In this document: piece by piece, positions 26,301 through 40,311 of the stretch
How the letters are laid out: each line of letters starts with the position of its first letter
How positions within the stretch are numbered: position 1 is the first letter of the stretch
Assembly (NCBI GenBank): GCA_012295275.1
Contig: CM022665.1
Coordinates: 20,770,001 to 20,834,000 of the forward strand
Reading direction: 5' to 3'
DNA length: 64,000 nucleotides
Source: Chrysomallon squamiferum
Lineage: Eukaryota > Animalia > Mollusca
The notes under the pieces: model-generated
Seen by the model: only the letters and a program-made list of their open reading frames with translations
What the model was told of the DNA's origin: nothing
The model's database searches: none
Made by a program: the position numbers and the translations under genes

Positions 26301-28020
26301 GTCTCTCTGTTTCTCTCTCTCTTTATGTTTTATCTCTCACACACTGACACACACATACACATTTTCATAATCTTGCTTTCGTTATCTATTAATTATTTTA
26401 TTTCTATAGTCTTGGGTCTTTATTCCTTTGTTGCTGTAAACTTCGAGTTAGACGTATCTTCTTTTCTCTCACCTGCATCTCGGCAGTTAGTTTACCTCGT
26501 GTCTGTTCATCTGTCTGTCTGTAGTAACGAAAATAGTTTCACGGAAGTCAATTAAGGGTCATCAAGTGTAAATAATTAACTGGACAAAGTTGTTTCTACG
26601 AGGTGAGACACTGCAGTATTTTCCAGAGGAGAATCCACACGGACTTTTTACGGAGGCGTTGGACTGAGAAATACAAATTAGATATCGACAGATATATGGA
26701 TGTCGTCGTAGCTGCAGCAATCGCATTTAGACAGATAAACGAGATCGTTGCAGTTTGCAGCAGCAAGTTTTATCACGTCGCGTGCCGGCGGATCACGGCT
26801 GAAAGTGGTGATATTTTACTGCTTCAGAGACAAATTCTTCACAAGTGTTTCCAAGAAATCTTCCAATAAAATACGCTTTGTCAGTGCGAGTTGACGTTTA
26901 TCCTCGCAGTGAAAATCTTCCCGCCTCGGGCGACGACCAAATTGCGTGATGAAAGCGCCACTCATACAGATTATGTCTTCCCTCTTAAAAAATTTTTTTT
27001 TTCTCACTCTGACACAAATACCTGTCTCTCAGAGAGACTCTTGTGGACGAAATCAATAAGAACAGCATATACACTACATCACTGACGTCCTTTTGAAGAC
27101 GTTATTCTAACCACAACAGAGACATAATCCTCTGTATGACAGACAAATCCCGGAAAAATTTATATATTTTTTTTTTTCAAAGATAAAAGCGTGAAGAGTG
27201 AGAATTAACGTCTCTTCCGTTTAATTTTTTTTTTTTTTTTTTTTTTCTTCTTCTTCTTCTTCTTCTTTATTTTTATTTTTTTCTTATATACCTTTAAGAT
27301 TAAATTTTTTTAATAAATAAAAGTGGAAGATTGAAAAATAGCAGATGTTGCTCAATAAATAAAGTTTGTCTTACGTCAGTACAGCATATTGCATAGTTTT
27401 CTTCACATTTATTCAGTGAAATGGAAATTACCCAATAGGAAAAAACACATGAAGAGAATCCCACTGGGGAAAAAAAGAAAAGAAATGGACATAGCCCCAG
27501 TGGTTGGAGCGAGAAGTATTACAGCAGACACATCAAGAAGGAGAGATCCTTGGTCATCTCAAATACAAACTGTCTTAATGAAATGTGGATTGTTATTTAT
27601 TTATCAACAACATTGTCATCATCAGCATCATCATTACTAAAACCATTCTCATTATTATTATTATCATCGTCGTCATCGTCATTATATATTATTATTATCA
27701 TCATCATCGTCATCATTATATGATTATTATTATTATTATTTCTGCTATTGTCATTATTGCTATAGTTATTATTGCTATAGTTGCATCGAATCAGAAAATT
27801 GATCTGATATCCACTCAAAATATCATGTAATTTTTTTTTGCCAGCTCTTTATTCGTTTCCATTTTCAGTAAAATGTTCATAGCATTGAACTTTTTGTATA
27901 TTGTTTTTTTTTTTTTAAGTTGGAAAACGTAAAGGTTTCATGTGATCTTTCGTTTCAGAATCACAAGCAGTCATTTTAGAAAATTTCATTTTTGCCAATT
28001 ATGTGGCAAATTAAAAGCTG

Positions 28021-28054
<34 letters not shown>

Positions 28055-28323
28055 GTTTAAAAAAAAAAAAAAAAAAAAAAGGAAATAACGTAAAATTATA
28101 GCTGGAAAATCAATAGCGGATCTTTTTTTCTTTTTTTCCAAAGCGAATTGTGAAAAAGGACCATGAAAACAAGTGTACAATTTACGTACATACGTACAGA
28201 CAGTGTCAAAAGCAAGAAAGTGGCACTATTTTACATTTTTTTCTTTAGTTTTATCTCAGAACATTAAGAATAAATAATCAATTTCTTAACAATTTGACTC
28301 CAGTCAAATAAATTTTACTTTTT

Positions 28324-28483
28324 ATTTTATTTTATTTTATTTTATTTTATTTTATTACTTTAACATTTTTCCCTTTATATTTTGATGATCTGAACTACAT
28401 GATATTTTATTTTATTTTATTTTATTTTATTTTATTACTTTAACATTTTTCCCTTTATATTTTGATGATCTGAACTACATGAT
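28324..28483. repeat. 80-bp near-perfect tandem duplication
   Basis: (tttta)n + ttactttaacatttttccctttatattttgatgatctgaactacatgat occurs twice, offset by 80 nt (28351 vs 28431). Confidence 0.9.
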
Positions 28484-30179
28484 GCGGCGCCCTCTAACAT
28501 GAGTTGCCGGTACCTTCAGCCGGTTCGGAATAGTCGTAGTAGTAGTAGCTGCAGCTGTAGCAACAGTAGTAGTAATAATAATAACAAAAGTAGCATTAGT
28601 AGTAGTAACAGCAATTATAAGAAGAAGAAGAAGAATCATTATTACAGGTTTTGAGATTAGTTGTTAAAAGATAATTGGTTTTTACAATAAGCTTGTTATT
28701 TTCGTCATACTCAGCGTCTAACACTCGGAGAGATCCGCTCCGAGAAAAGCGATTAAACAATCAAAAGAAGGCGATTTTGAGAAAAGAGATTTGGTGATGA
28801 GGAAAATACGATTAATGACACTTAGCTCTTTGTAGGGGACATATTATTTTCTCATCATCTGTCATTGGTTTAGCACCCAACTGTCAAAGGTCTCGCTGAG
28901 ATTGGAGCTAGATACACAGTGTCCGTAAGTCCGTAAGTCCGTACTAATGATAATGAGATTGGCAAAAGCCAGGACCACATCATGAAACCGATTCAGCTCT
29001 ATAATGGAAAACAATTAACCCCAAATTTTGTGGACTGTATTTTTCAGTATTTTTTAAAATTATTTTCTTTGAATGAGATAGATAGTTAGATAGCTTCATA
29101 GCGAGATACATAGATTATATAGACAGACAGATAGGGATATGGATATATACACACATGAATTGATAGATACATTCATAGATACACAGACAGTCGGGTAGAC
29201 AGATATAAACACAGACATAAATAAATAAAAATATAAATAGACAGATACTGAATATATAGACAAACTGATACATTAATATACACTGAAATAATGTTTTAAA
29301 AAAGGAAGACGAAAATAAAAGAAAAAAAACATATTTTTATAAGATAATTTATTTATCCTTTTACCATTCAGTCTTGTAATGGTTATTCAAATTTATGCGT
29401 GCCCCTGCTTCTGACGTACATATACAGATATTTTACATATACCATCACAAATGTATTATCAAACCTGCCACACCAATTGTGACGTATCTACGTAGATATA
29501 CTTTACGTTACCATCACAGATGTATTAATTCTGGACAAACCGTCAGTCCACTGCTCATGTTTTAAAACACTTACAACACGATACCAGCCTATGACAAGTA
29601 AGAGAATATACAAGACACTGACAGAGCAAACAGAATAAGAGTGCTGAACAAATACTTGAATTAATTCTACTCGCTACTTCACTCATTGTTCAGAACGTCT
29701 TCTGGGCAGAAACACAGATGTATCTCTGTCTCGTTACTTCTCATTTCTCTTGTGAGAACAAACACAGATGGTCTTGTCCGTTTATCCACACACGCTGAAT
29801 GTAAAAGAATATGTTAAATGAATATAGTCAAAGAAACAAATCCATACTAGTATGTATACTAGGCAAACACACACCAAATGAGATATACACACAGACAGAA
29901 GGGCGGATCGACGGACAAATTAAGAACAGCTGTTAACTGTTATATGTGCAATTTCTTTTATTCTTGTTGCGACAGTTACTTCTATAACGTCATTGTCAGC
30001 AGCAGCAACAGCAACAGTAATTACAATAACAATATTACTATTACTGTCATCAACAAAAACTACCTCTGCTGCTACATCATTACCACCGATATCATCAGCG
30101 ACAACAACAACCATTATTACCACCACCATTATCAGTAACAGTTAAAATAGTTTTAGCAATAGTAATGTTATTTGGTAAA

Positions 30180-30565
30180 CTAGTAGTAGTAGTAGTAGTA
30201 GTGGTAGTGTTGGAGGTGGTGGTGTGATGATACTAGCAGCAGCAGCAGCAATAGTAGTAGTAGTAAGTAAGTAATACTAATAATAATTGTAGTACTAGCA
30301 ATAGTAGTAGTAACAGGAACATTAGTAATCAAAAGTATCAAACAGTACATTTTTGTGATCACCGAGCATAAACATATTGCTAGTAATAGTAGTAGTAGGA
30401 GTAGTAAAAGTACTAGTAGTAGTAGTAGTAGAAGTAATAGTACTAGTAGCAGCAGTAGTAGTAGTAGTAGTAATAGTAGTAGAAGCAGTAGTAGTAGAAG
30501 AAGAAGAAGAAACAGTAGTAGAAGTAATAATCAAAATAAAGTGTCGGAACGGTGGTAGTAGTAAC
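30180..30565. repeat. Degenerate (TAG/CAG)n trinucleotide tract
   Basis: agtagt/agcagc runs; similar tracts at about 1118-1230, 2690-2860 and 40670-41160. Confidence 0.85.
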
Positions 30566-31280
30566 AGCACATTTTCTGTGATCACCAAGAATAAACGTAA
30601 TGATTATTTCCACTGCGTGAACTTGTTAACAGTATGCATCGTCAGATCTTCAACTTGACAAGGTCAGAGAAACGATGACCAATTCGGCCAAAGGTCAGCA
30701 GCACAAGCATGGACAGCCTGAATAACAGGGGAATGATATATTTATATAAGTACAGTACTGGACACTAGCGATATAGTCTTTCATTAGACGTTATTGTTAT
30801 TTCTATTGACAGAAGAAATTGGTTTGCGAACTTTGAGTTATGCAGACTAACTCATCAGGTGACAGAATTAGCTCTACATTTTACAAATAGTATTTCATTT
30901 GTCTGACTGTATGTCTGTCTGTCTCTTCATGTCGAGGGAATTTTGTAAAGAAAAAAGTATATGGATGGATAGAAAGGTAGAGGGAGACAAAAAATATCGA
31001 TCAGATCGAACAAATTAATACACATTTTCATTAAACATGAACAAAGTCATACAACATTCTGATTATACACCTACCAGACTGTCTGTCTGTCTTCTGTACG
31101 TCTACTTATCTATATCCATACATCCATACATCCGTCCATACACATATCTCTCTGCCTGTATTTATCTATTTATCTTTCTCTTCATATATCTGTCTCTGTA
31201 TCTGTCTGTCTGTCTGTCTGTCTATCTCTCTAGCTCTCTATCTATATCTCTATCTTGTCTCTCATTCATTGAACATTTAT

Positions 31281-32087
31281 ATATGTCTATCTATATCTCT
31301 ATATTTGTATGTATCCATCTATATCTATCTGTCTGTATATCTGTATCTCTATATTTGTATGTATCCATCTATATCTATCTGTCTATCTATCTATATCTCT
31401 ATATTTGTATGTAGCCATCTATATCTATCTGTCTATCTATCTATATCTCTATATTTGTATGTATCCATCTATATCTATCTGTCTATCTATCTATATCTCT
31501 ATATTTGTATGTATCCATCTATATCTATCTGTCTATCTATCTATATCTCTATATTTGTATGTATCCATCTATATCTATCTGTCTATATATCTGTATCTCT
31601 ATATTTGTATGTATCCATCTATATCTATCTGTCTATCTATCTATATCTCTATATTTGTATGTAGCCATCTATATCTATCTGTCTATCTATCTATATCTCT
31701 ATATTTGTATGTATCCATCTATATCTATCTGTCTATCTATCTCTATCTCTATATTTGTATGTAGCCATCTATATCTATCTGTCTATCTATCTGTATCTCT
31801 ATATTTGTATGTATCCATCTATATCTATCTGTCTATCTATCTATATCTCTATATTTGTATGTATCCATCTATATCTATCTGTCTATATATCTGTATCTCT
31901 ATATTTGTATGTATCCATCTATATCTATCTGTCTATCTATCTATATCTCTATATTTGTATGTAGCCATCTATATCTATCTGTCTATCTATCTATATCTCT
32001 ATATTTGTATGTAGCCATCTATATCTATCAGTCTATCTATCTATATCTCTATATTTGTATGTATCCATCTATATCTATCTGTCTATC
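31281..32087. repeat. 50-bp minisatellite, ~16 near-identical copies
   Basis: Unit atatttgtatgta(t/g)ccatctatatctatctgtctatctatctatatctct begins every 50 nt from 31301 to 32051. Confidence 0.97.
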
Positions 32088-33693
32088 TGACTTCTCTCTC
32101 ATTCACAGAAGATAACCATCTGTCTATCTCTTTTTCTCTCTGTATATAGATAGATAGATGGACAGACGGACATTTGAGTAGCTATATAAACAAACATATA
32201 GACATATATTCACGTAGATAGAGAGCAATATTTATATATTAATAGATTAAGAGAATAGATGGAAGGAAAAACACATAAAGACACACAGAGACATAGATGA
32301 TATAATAATTATTTCAACACATTTCCTTTCTTTACCTTTGCGCACCAAATGCATAACAGAAACCAAGAATAAAACAAACAGAAAAAAAAAGAAGAAGAAG
32401 AAAGAAAAAAAACAAGAAGAAGAAGAAGAAAGACATGTCAGATAAAAAAGAGAAAAAGAAAAAAATAAGGTAATAATGTTTAAAGAACTCAGGTGGAAAT
32501 TCTCTCAAAAGTAAATACGTTTTGTTGCACTGAATATTCTCTTTGTGTTAGAGGTGAAATCTCGAGTGATGTGTTTTGGTAAACCGATACATTCTGCTCA
32601 TCATCTCGTCATGTGTGATGCTTGTCATTCGTTTTTTTCTCTTAGAATTCTCCCTGCGTGCCAAATTAGCCAGCAGTGATGAGGATACCTGTCCTCCGCT
32701 GGGAATTACCTCACTTTCGAGTAGGTGAACGTCGTGCATGACGTTATGCATGACGTCGTGCGAATTTGTTAACAAAACAGTTTCATAATCTGTTTCATTG
32801 TTTTGTTGTAATTGTTGTTGGCTACAGATCAGTATAAAACAGTCAGCTATGTAATTAACTTTGAATCTAACCAATCAGTCTAGCAGTCAACCAACAAACC
32901 AACCAAACAACAAATCAACCACACGACGAATCAACTGACCATCCTGCCTATCAAACTAACCAAGCATATATAATTAATTAACAAACCCACCTTTGAAAAT
33001 AACCCTAAGTATTCAAACAGATTTAAAATATTTAATTTCTACTGAGATTTAGAAAATTATTATCCGGAAGAAGAAGAAGAAGAAGAAGAAGAAATTAAGA
33101 TGTCTATGAAGACAGAAAAAAAGAAAAAAATAGAAATAAAAGGTTAAAAAAAAAAAGAAGAGAGGATAGAAACTCTATCTGAAATATTCTTTCCTTTTGA
33201 CCTTCGGTAATGGAGAGATCTATGAGAACCGACGTCGTGTCCGTTTGAAATCACGCGGTGTAATCTAAATACAACGTCGTGTAATTTCAAAACGACCACA
33301 TCTAATTCTGGACATGACGTAGTCTAATGTGGCTGTGAGCCGCTGTAATTCGCACAGCAGCTTGAATCCAACTAGAAATGACTAAGGATCAGGAACGGCA
33401 AATAATGGTTATCCCTCAATTTGTCTCATATCACAGATCAGAGCTTGGCGCCTCCGGCTGGATATTAAGTATTGCTTCTCTGTTTACTTATTAAAAAACT
33501 TGTCACTTTGGTGGTCACTCTGCAAGTCCGTCGTAATGGCTGCTTGAGAGACAAAAAAATGTCTTCAACAGCAACATCATTGCGAGCTTATATATAACAT
33601 CGTGAATGTGGGTCCCTGCTCAGAAAGAAAAATAAAATAAAAATAAAATAAAATAAAATAAAATAAAATAAAATAAAATAAAATAAAATAAAA

Positions 33694-33724
<31 letters not shown>

Positions 33725-34598
33725 GAAAGAAAGAATAAGATAAAATAAATAAATAAATGAATAAACTGAAATAAAATAAAATAAATATCAACTATTAAAG
33801 AGCCGTGATAACTATACAGACAGACGGACTGACAGTACAAAATGCAGAAAAAAAAAAAAAAAACGATGTAGAAGGATTCCAGCAAACTTGGCTGGGTCGT
33901 CTTTCTGCCTCGCTGTTTTTATCTCGCAGATATATTTGTGACAGTTTAGCGTTCGCTATCATTTCGCTTCATTACACGTCCGTCGTTCAGACAGGCCCTA
34001 GCCAAGAAGGGGAAATCATTACGCGGTAATGGACGCGGCTGTGAGAAGATGTTGACCACTGATGGACACGAAGATCTGCTCTTTCACAAGTTATAATTGT
34101 CCAGAACAGGCGAAAAGCTGAAATGCGAATCTCCAGAGTGAATAAGAGAGCTTTGAAGGGTTCGTCTCAACAGGCGGTCCGCAATGGAAGAAGTATTCAG
34201 GGAAGAAAAGGAAGTTGAGCGGCGGATATGCTAACATTGAAAAATCGTGTCTAGAAGGATGGTCAATGTCTGTCAGCGCGTCTTGTAATTGAAGCGTAAT
34301 TCGTTTAAGTTAAACGTGTAATGAAGTTACTGGTGGTCCGAGTTAGTCGCTGTTCTGGTCACTGGGTCCCGCTTTCAGTCTCATTTTCACTTCTTCTTAA
34401 TGTTAAAAACAGGAAACAGAGTTTGTAGTTCCTGCTCTTCCAGTTTCTAATCTAAGTAGCCTGCGCGTCAGTTGTTGTAATGAATATAAATAAGAACCAA
34501 TACTTGATGAATTTGTACACATTTTTATTAGAGGTTATTAAAGTGCCAGTCGTGTGATTGTTGCAGTAATAGTACGAAACAGGAAGCGTTCTGATTTC

Positions 34599-34630
<32 letters not shown>

Positions 34631-35746
34631 TGTTACTGTTATTATTAACAGTAGCGAGAATTCTTTTACATACACGTTTCTCTATAAACAAAACAAAAAT
34701 AAATAAATAAATAAATAAATGACGTGGCTCTTGATGAAACGTGTTCATCAAACGTGTAGCTGTCTGGAACAGGATATAGCTCAATAAAGGATTGATTCAG
34801 CAAGTTGTCATGCACAAGGATGTAAACATTTGTTAGAAGCTAATAATCTAATGACTCTTTGAAAATAAAAGTAGTGTTTCATTATTTCATTTCTTTTTTT
34901 TCTTCTTCTTTTCCTACTTTTTCTTTTTCTTTTTCTTTTTTTTTTTTTTTTTTTTTCCAAAATAAAAAGAAGAAGAAGAAGAAATAGCAGCAAGAAAAAG
35001 CTGGCAAACAAAAATCAATAGTAGGTTGTGAGAAAACATCAACGTTGTTGGAAATGCAAGTACGGGCTGGCACTTGAGAAATGATGGATGGTTCTGAGAC
35101 AGACAAAGAAAAGTTATCAATTCTTGTACTCATATCTCATTCTTGTGAGTCTACAGCGAATGTGAAACGCAATGAATAAACATATTGAAGCGTTATTAAA
35201 AATACACAATATTTAAACCATCCGAGGAGGACGAAGGACAAAAAAAGAGAGATAAACAGATATAGATACAACACGAAGTTTAGATATGCATCTGTCGTGA
35301 ATTTCATTATTTAATTTTTTTTTTTTATTATTATTATTATTTTTTTTTTTTATGAGGTCAAGTTTACGGATTTAGCAATTAAATAAGAACAAGATAAAAA
35401 AAAAAAAAAAAAAAAAAAACAAAACAAGTTTTAAAAAAATCAAATAAAAAAAAAAAAGAGAGAGAGAGAGAGAGATGTTGAGATAATTATATATACTCTA
35501 CTGTAACCGTAACATGTATTATGTTAATTGCTTGTTACCTTGTTTATAGTAACCATAACACATTTGTTCTGTTACTTGGGTAACCGTATTTCTATGGTAA
35601 CCATGATTCTCGCGTAGGCCTGTCTGCTTTTCAAGAAATGTTGAATTTATCGCATGTTAAAATCTTCCTTTTGTTTTCATTCGCTCTAATAAACAGAAAA
35701 AAGAAAAGAAAAAAAAAAATTAACTTTGTTTTTCCTAAAAGACTAC

Positions 35747-35832
<86 letters not shown>

Positions 35833-37680
35833 AACGTGTTTTCGTTTTGAAAAGTCAACCACATGTTGCCGCATGAGATTTCTCTAATCTTTTTTTTATC
35901 GTCTGACAGTGAAACTTCAAGCTGAATTTGAGCATCGCACCTTGCTCGGAGTTATCTCCTCTTCTATCTAATTGCAATAAGACAAAACAGTTTTTGCCAA
36001 TTATAAAGTCGTCAGCTTCTTCTTCTATTTCAACAGTTGATTTTTTATTTTTTTATTTTTTTTTTTTATTTTTATTTTTTTATTTTTTATCAACTCATTA
36101 TCTTTCCCTTCTAATGACACCGAGACATCGATGACGTCATAACTCTATGTGCAAAACTTTTTGTTTTTGTTTACCGCGAGCAATTATCGATTCATGTTGC
36201 AAATGTATTCTTTTAAATTAATTAACACTTCTAAATACATGAATGAATGTTGTTAAACTTAGAAACTGCAGTGAAAACATACATATTTACATGTGCATAT
36301 ATGTACATGTATTATACTGAAGTACGTTCATCCCTTCCATACTTACATATACACACATACAGGCAGATAGAGAGACATACATAATACACACAGACACACA
36401 GTCAGACAGACATAATACACACGTACATACGAACATATATTCATACATACACATGCAAATACATAGTGCATACATATACACACACATACGTACGTACGTG
36501 ATTACAGTAAGTGCAAATTAAAGATTTATCTTCAAGGCTGTTATTTTTACGTATTTCTAGTGTGCACTAGAAATAGCGTGAAAATCTAAAACGAGACTAC
36601 AGCTGAAGATCATAACGAAAGATAATGAAATGATGAATGGTATTTTTATGTGCAGACGGCAGCCAGCGGCAATTTGCGGTGAATCGCTGGTTCTCCATGT
36701 TACTTACATTCGGGATAGTTTGAATTAATGTTAGATTATTTGGTTAAATTGCACTAAGAATAGCTATAATTAAAACCAAGGCTAAACGTTTATACTTGCA
36801 AGTGTTTGTCGACATTTGCATAATTTATTCAGAAATTTATACTGTTTTCTATAAAACAGGTTTGATTAATGATGCCAGGTGGTAAACGGTTATCCATTTA
36901 AACCAGTCAGATGTTAATATTTGAACTGGGCTGTAGTAAATTTTTTACATGAAAGAAAACCCGCTTCCATTGACATTTTTTTAGTATTCGATGTAGAAGT
37001 GCTACACATACCACTGATATTTCAAATACGTACGGAACAGCTACGTTTATTTTAAAATGGTGAACGTCACGGGAATAATTTAAATTAGGAATAAACTGAC
37101 GCGCTAAATAAAACAGATTTCAATCGGCAAACATTTTCACTTCAAACGTTCTGTAAATGCGATAACGTTTTCCGAAATACTTGATCGCCCTGTTCAGAAA
37201 CTGAAACGAGAAAAGAGCACGTGTTTAGAGAAAGTGAGAAAATATTTTATCTGTGCCTTCTTCTCTAAACCATTCTGTCACTTAACGAGCTCTGTGAACG
37301 TCACTTCTGATGGCAAAAAGCAAATGGAGCATGAAAATCTTTGGAATTCACGAATCATTTGAAATGATGAACGCACCAACCCCGTTGTAGTTTGTGACAT
37401 GGCCTCTGGGAGATGGAAAGGTAATTCCGTCTTCAAACCATAACTAGGTTGTTCTGACATTCCACGTAATTAAATATTAAAAATAATTTTAAGTGAGTTT
37501 TCAGTGTAATTGTTCATTGTTTTACTTACATCACACACGGCATCGGATTTATAGAAAAAAAAACGCGTGTGGAAACATCGTCTGAAGTTTAGATATATTT
37601 TACATGATTGTTTTATTTTTGCTGTTCTATAACTTCTATTGGTGCGAACATACATACATCATAAATGCATTTGTCTGTTG

Positions 37681-37714
<34 letters not shown>

Positions 37715-38428
37715 TGAAGAGAGAAAGAAAACAGAGAGAAAGAGAGAGAAAAAAAGAAAAAAAAAGAGACACATACAAAATTTACTACCTACTCATGGAG
37801 AAAAAACAATTACAAACTAATTAAAAAACTGTACTATCGATGTAATGGCGGATCTTCGGTGACGTAATTAGTTCGGCGGCCCATTAGGTCGGTAGCCTGT
37901 GTGGCGTTCATTTTAAATACTTGATTAACTACAACTAATCTGGTATTTGGCAAGTATTACGGGAAGCTGTCGAAGTGTGAAATAGAGGCAAACAAGGAAT
38001 GACCGTTTAACAACTTTGCTTGTTGCCTGTCACAGTCGATCGTTTTAATTGTTTCTTAAAGCGCCGCCTCACAAAGCCTGATACGGCTTGATGGGTTTTG
38101 CGATATGTTTCGTTATTCTTCGATTAATACAGTGTATGGTGTATTTTTTATATCAGACCACATGTATGTTTTAACCAAAGAACCCACACATATTTAATAT
38201 GATTAGATATATCTATAGACGTACACATACATATATGATATATATACACACATGTTCCTGAAGTGAAATATGAACACTAAATAACGAACCTTAACAACAA
38301 ACACACACACATACACATACAGACGTACATACACACATGCATGCATACACACTTACACATATGCATAATTCATACATGAACATATGCATACATACATACA
38401 CACTTATATACAAATGTATGTATGTATG

Positions 38429-38470
<42 letters not shown>

Positions 38471-40044
38471 CATACATACCTACAAACGTATATACACACA
38501 CACACAAACACACACATATCCCAACACACATATACCTATAGATTGCAAACACTGGTGATATAAGGATATATCAGACATAATAATTTATTTTTTACATACA
38601 CAGACTTAGTTCATAACTGTATGTTAACGATGTAGGTCAAATACTGTTCTGTATTACATACATGACGAACAAGTTTTCAGATGCATGATTTTTTTTTTTC
38701 TCTCTCTCTATTATATTCTCTACAGTCTGTACAGATTTTAAATGCATGTAATTAAAAGTCATAAATACGGTTGTGCGCAGGAAAAGTTTAATACAGTTTT
38801 TGGCCAGTCGTGATCCTGGATCAGGTTTCTCCACACAAATTCAAATTTGCTGTTCACGTTGTCAGCTGTGCTGTTATAGATATTTTAATTTAACTGAACT
38901 ATCTCTTTTTTTTTTTTCTTTTTTTTTCTTTTCAGTCCTACTCTCCGTAAACATCGTGGACAAGTTAAGGTATATACGTCATGTCGCTACCCATGGGGTG
39001 CCCTTCATCCATTGTTGTTTTGCATGCTCGAGTGACTTCCCTTGCGGAACTCATTGCTATCAGAAACAAAATACACCTCGGGTGTCGATCGTGCTACCCC
39101 GGAATCCCAGCCAAACCGGGTCATGACCTCGACGGTAGAACCGGCAGCCGAAGACAAAGCGATATTGTTATAAACCAGTCGAACGGTTCAGCCTAAGAAC
39201 GTGGAGCATCTAATAATTACGATAACATCCCAGCCAAAATCGTGTACAAATCACGATTCGAAATACTTCTTTTCGGCTTCGTCATCTCATTTTTATTTTT
39301 TTATTTATTTATTTTTTTTTTTTTTTTTATGATGAAATTTTGTTGCTTATTTTGTCACGAATTTAATATACATCTGTATAATTATTATGTGTTTAGAGCT
39401 TTACTTATAAAAAATAATAGTAGTGGTAATATAATAATTATTATTAGCAGTAGAAGTAGTAGTGGTAGTAAAAGAAGTAGTAATAGTGTTAGTAGTGGTA
39501 GGAGGAGAAGAAGAAGAAAAAGTAGCAGATGTAAACTTATTCTGATTTTCATTCTTTCTCTGCCATCACCAATTATCAACAAAAATTGTTTACGATATTA
39601 AAATTTATTTTGTTTGTTTATTTATTTTTATTATTATTTTTTATTTTATTTACAAGCAAACGTGTCGTTGTAATTATCGTGCACGTTTTCACATCTTTCT
39701 CAGAAATAAAAAAATAAAAAATAGGAGAGAAAAATATTTTCACGTTGTTATTTAACTGTCATTTCAAATTAGGGTTACTTAAAAATAATTACGTGGTACA
39801 TAAGAACCCTTCTGTTTGAATTACAAATAAAAAATTCAGTTAGCTGTGAAAACGTTACTGGTTTTATTAAAGGTTAATAACGAAAGTTTTTAGTGATAGA
39901 TTAGTTTAAAATTTACATAATTCGAACACAAAGTGTTAGACTTAAAGAGGAGAAATGTTTTGATAAAGCTACGCTGTATTTTACTGAATGTTGAGATAAG
40001 AAAATAATCTGGGAAGTTATTAACAGTTTTATTTAGTTTTATTT

Positions 40045-40132
<88 letters not shown>

Positions 40133-40280
40133 AATCTCCAAATATACATACATGCACACGAGACTATGACTAAACAAGATTTTTCTTTTTTTTCTTTTTT
40201 AAAACGTGACTTCATGATCGAGCTTTAAATCTTTTTTTTTTTTTTTTTCTATTTTTTTGTTAAATCTGTAAATTGACCTC

Positions 40281-40311
<31 letters not shown>

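Noticed and set aside
31037-32115. Overlapping 70-170 aa ORFs, the longest in the track
   Set aside because: Translations of the 50-bp minisatellite; no coding signal.
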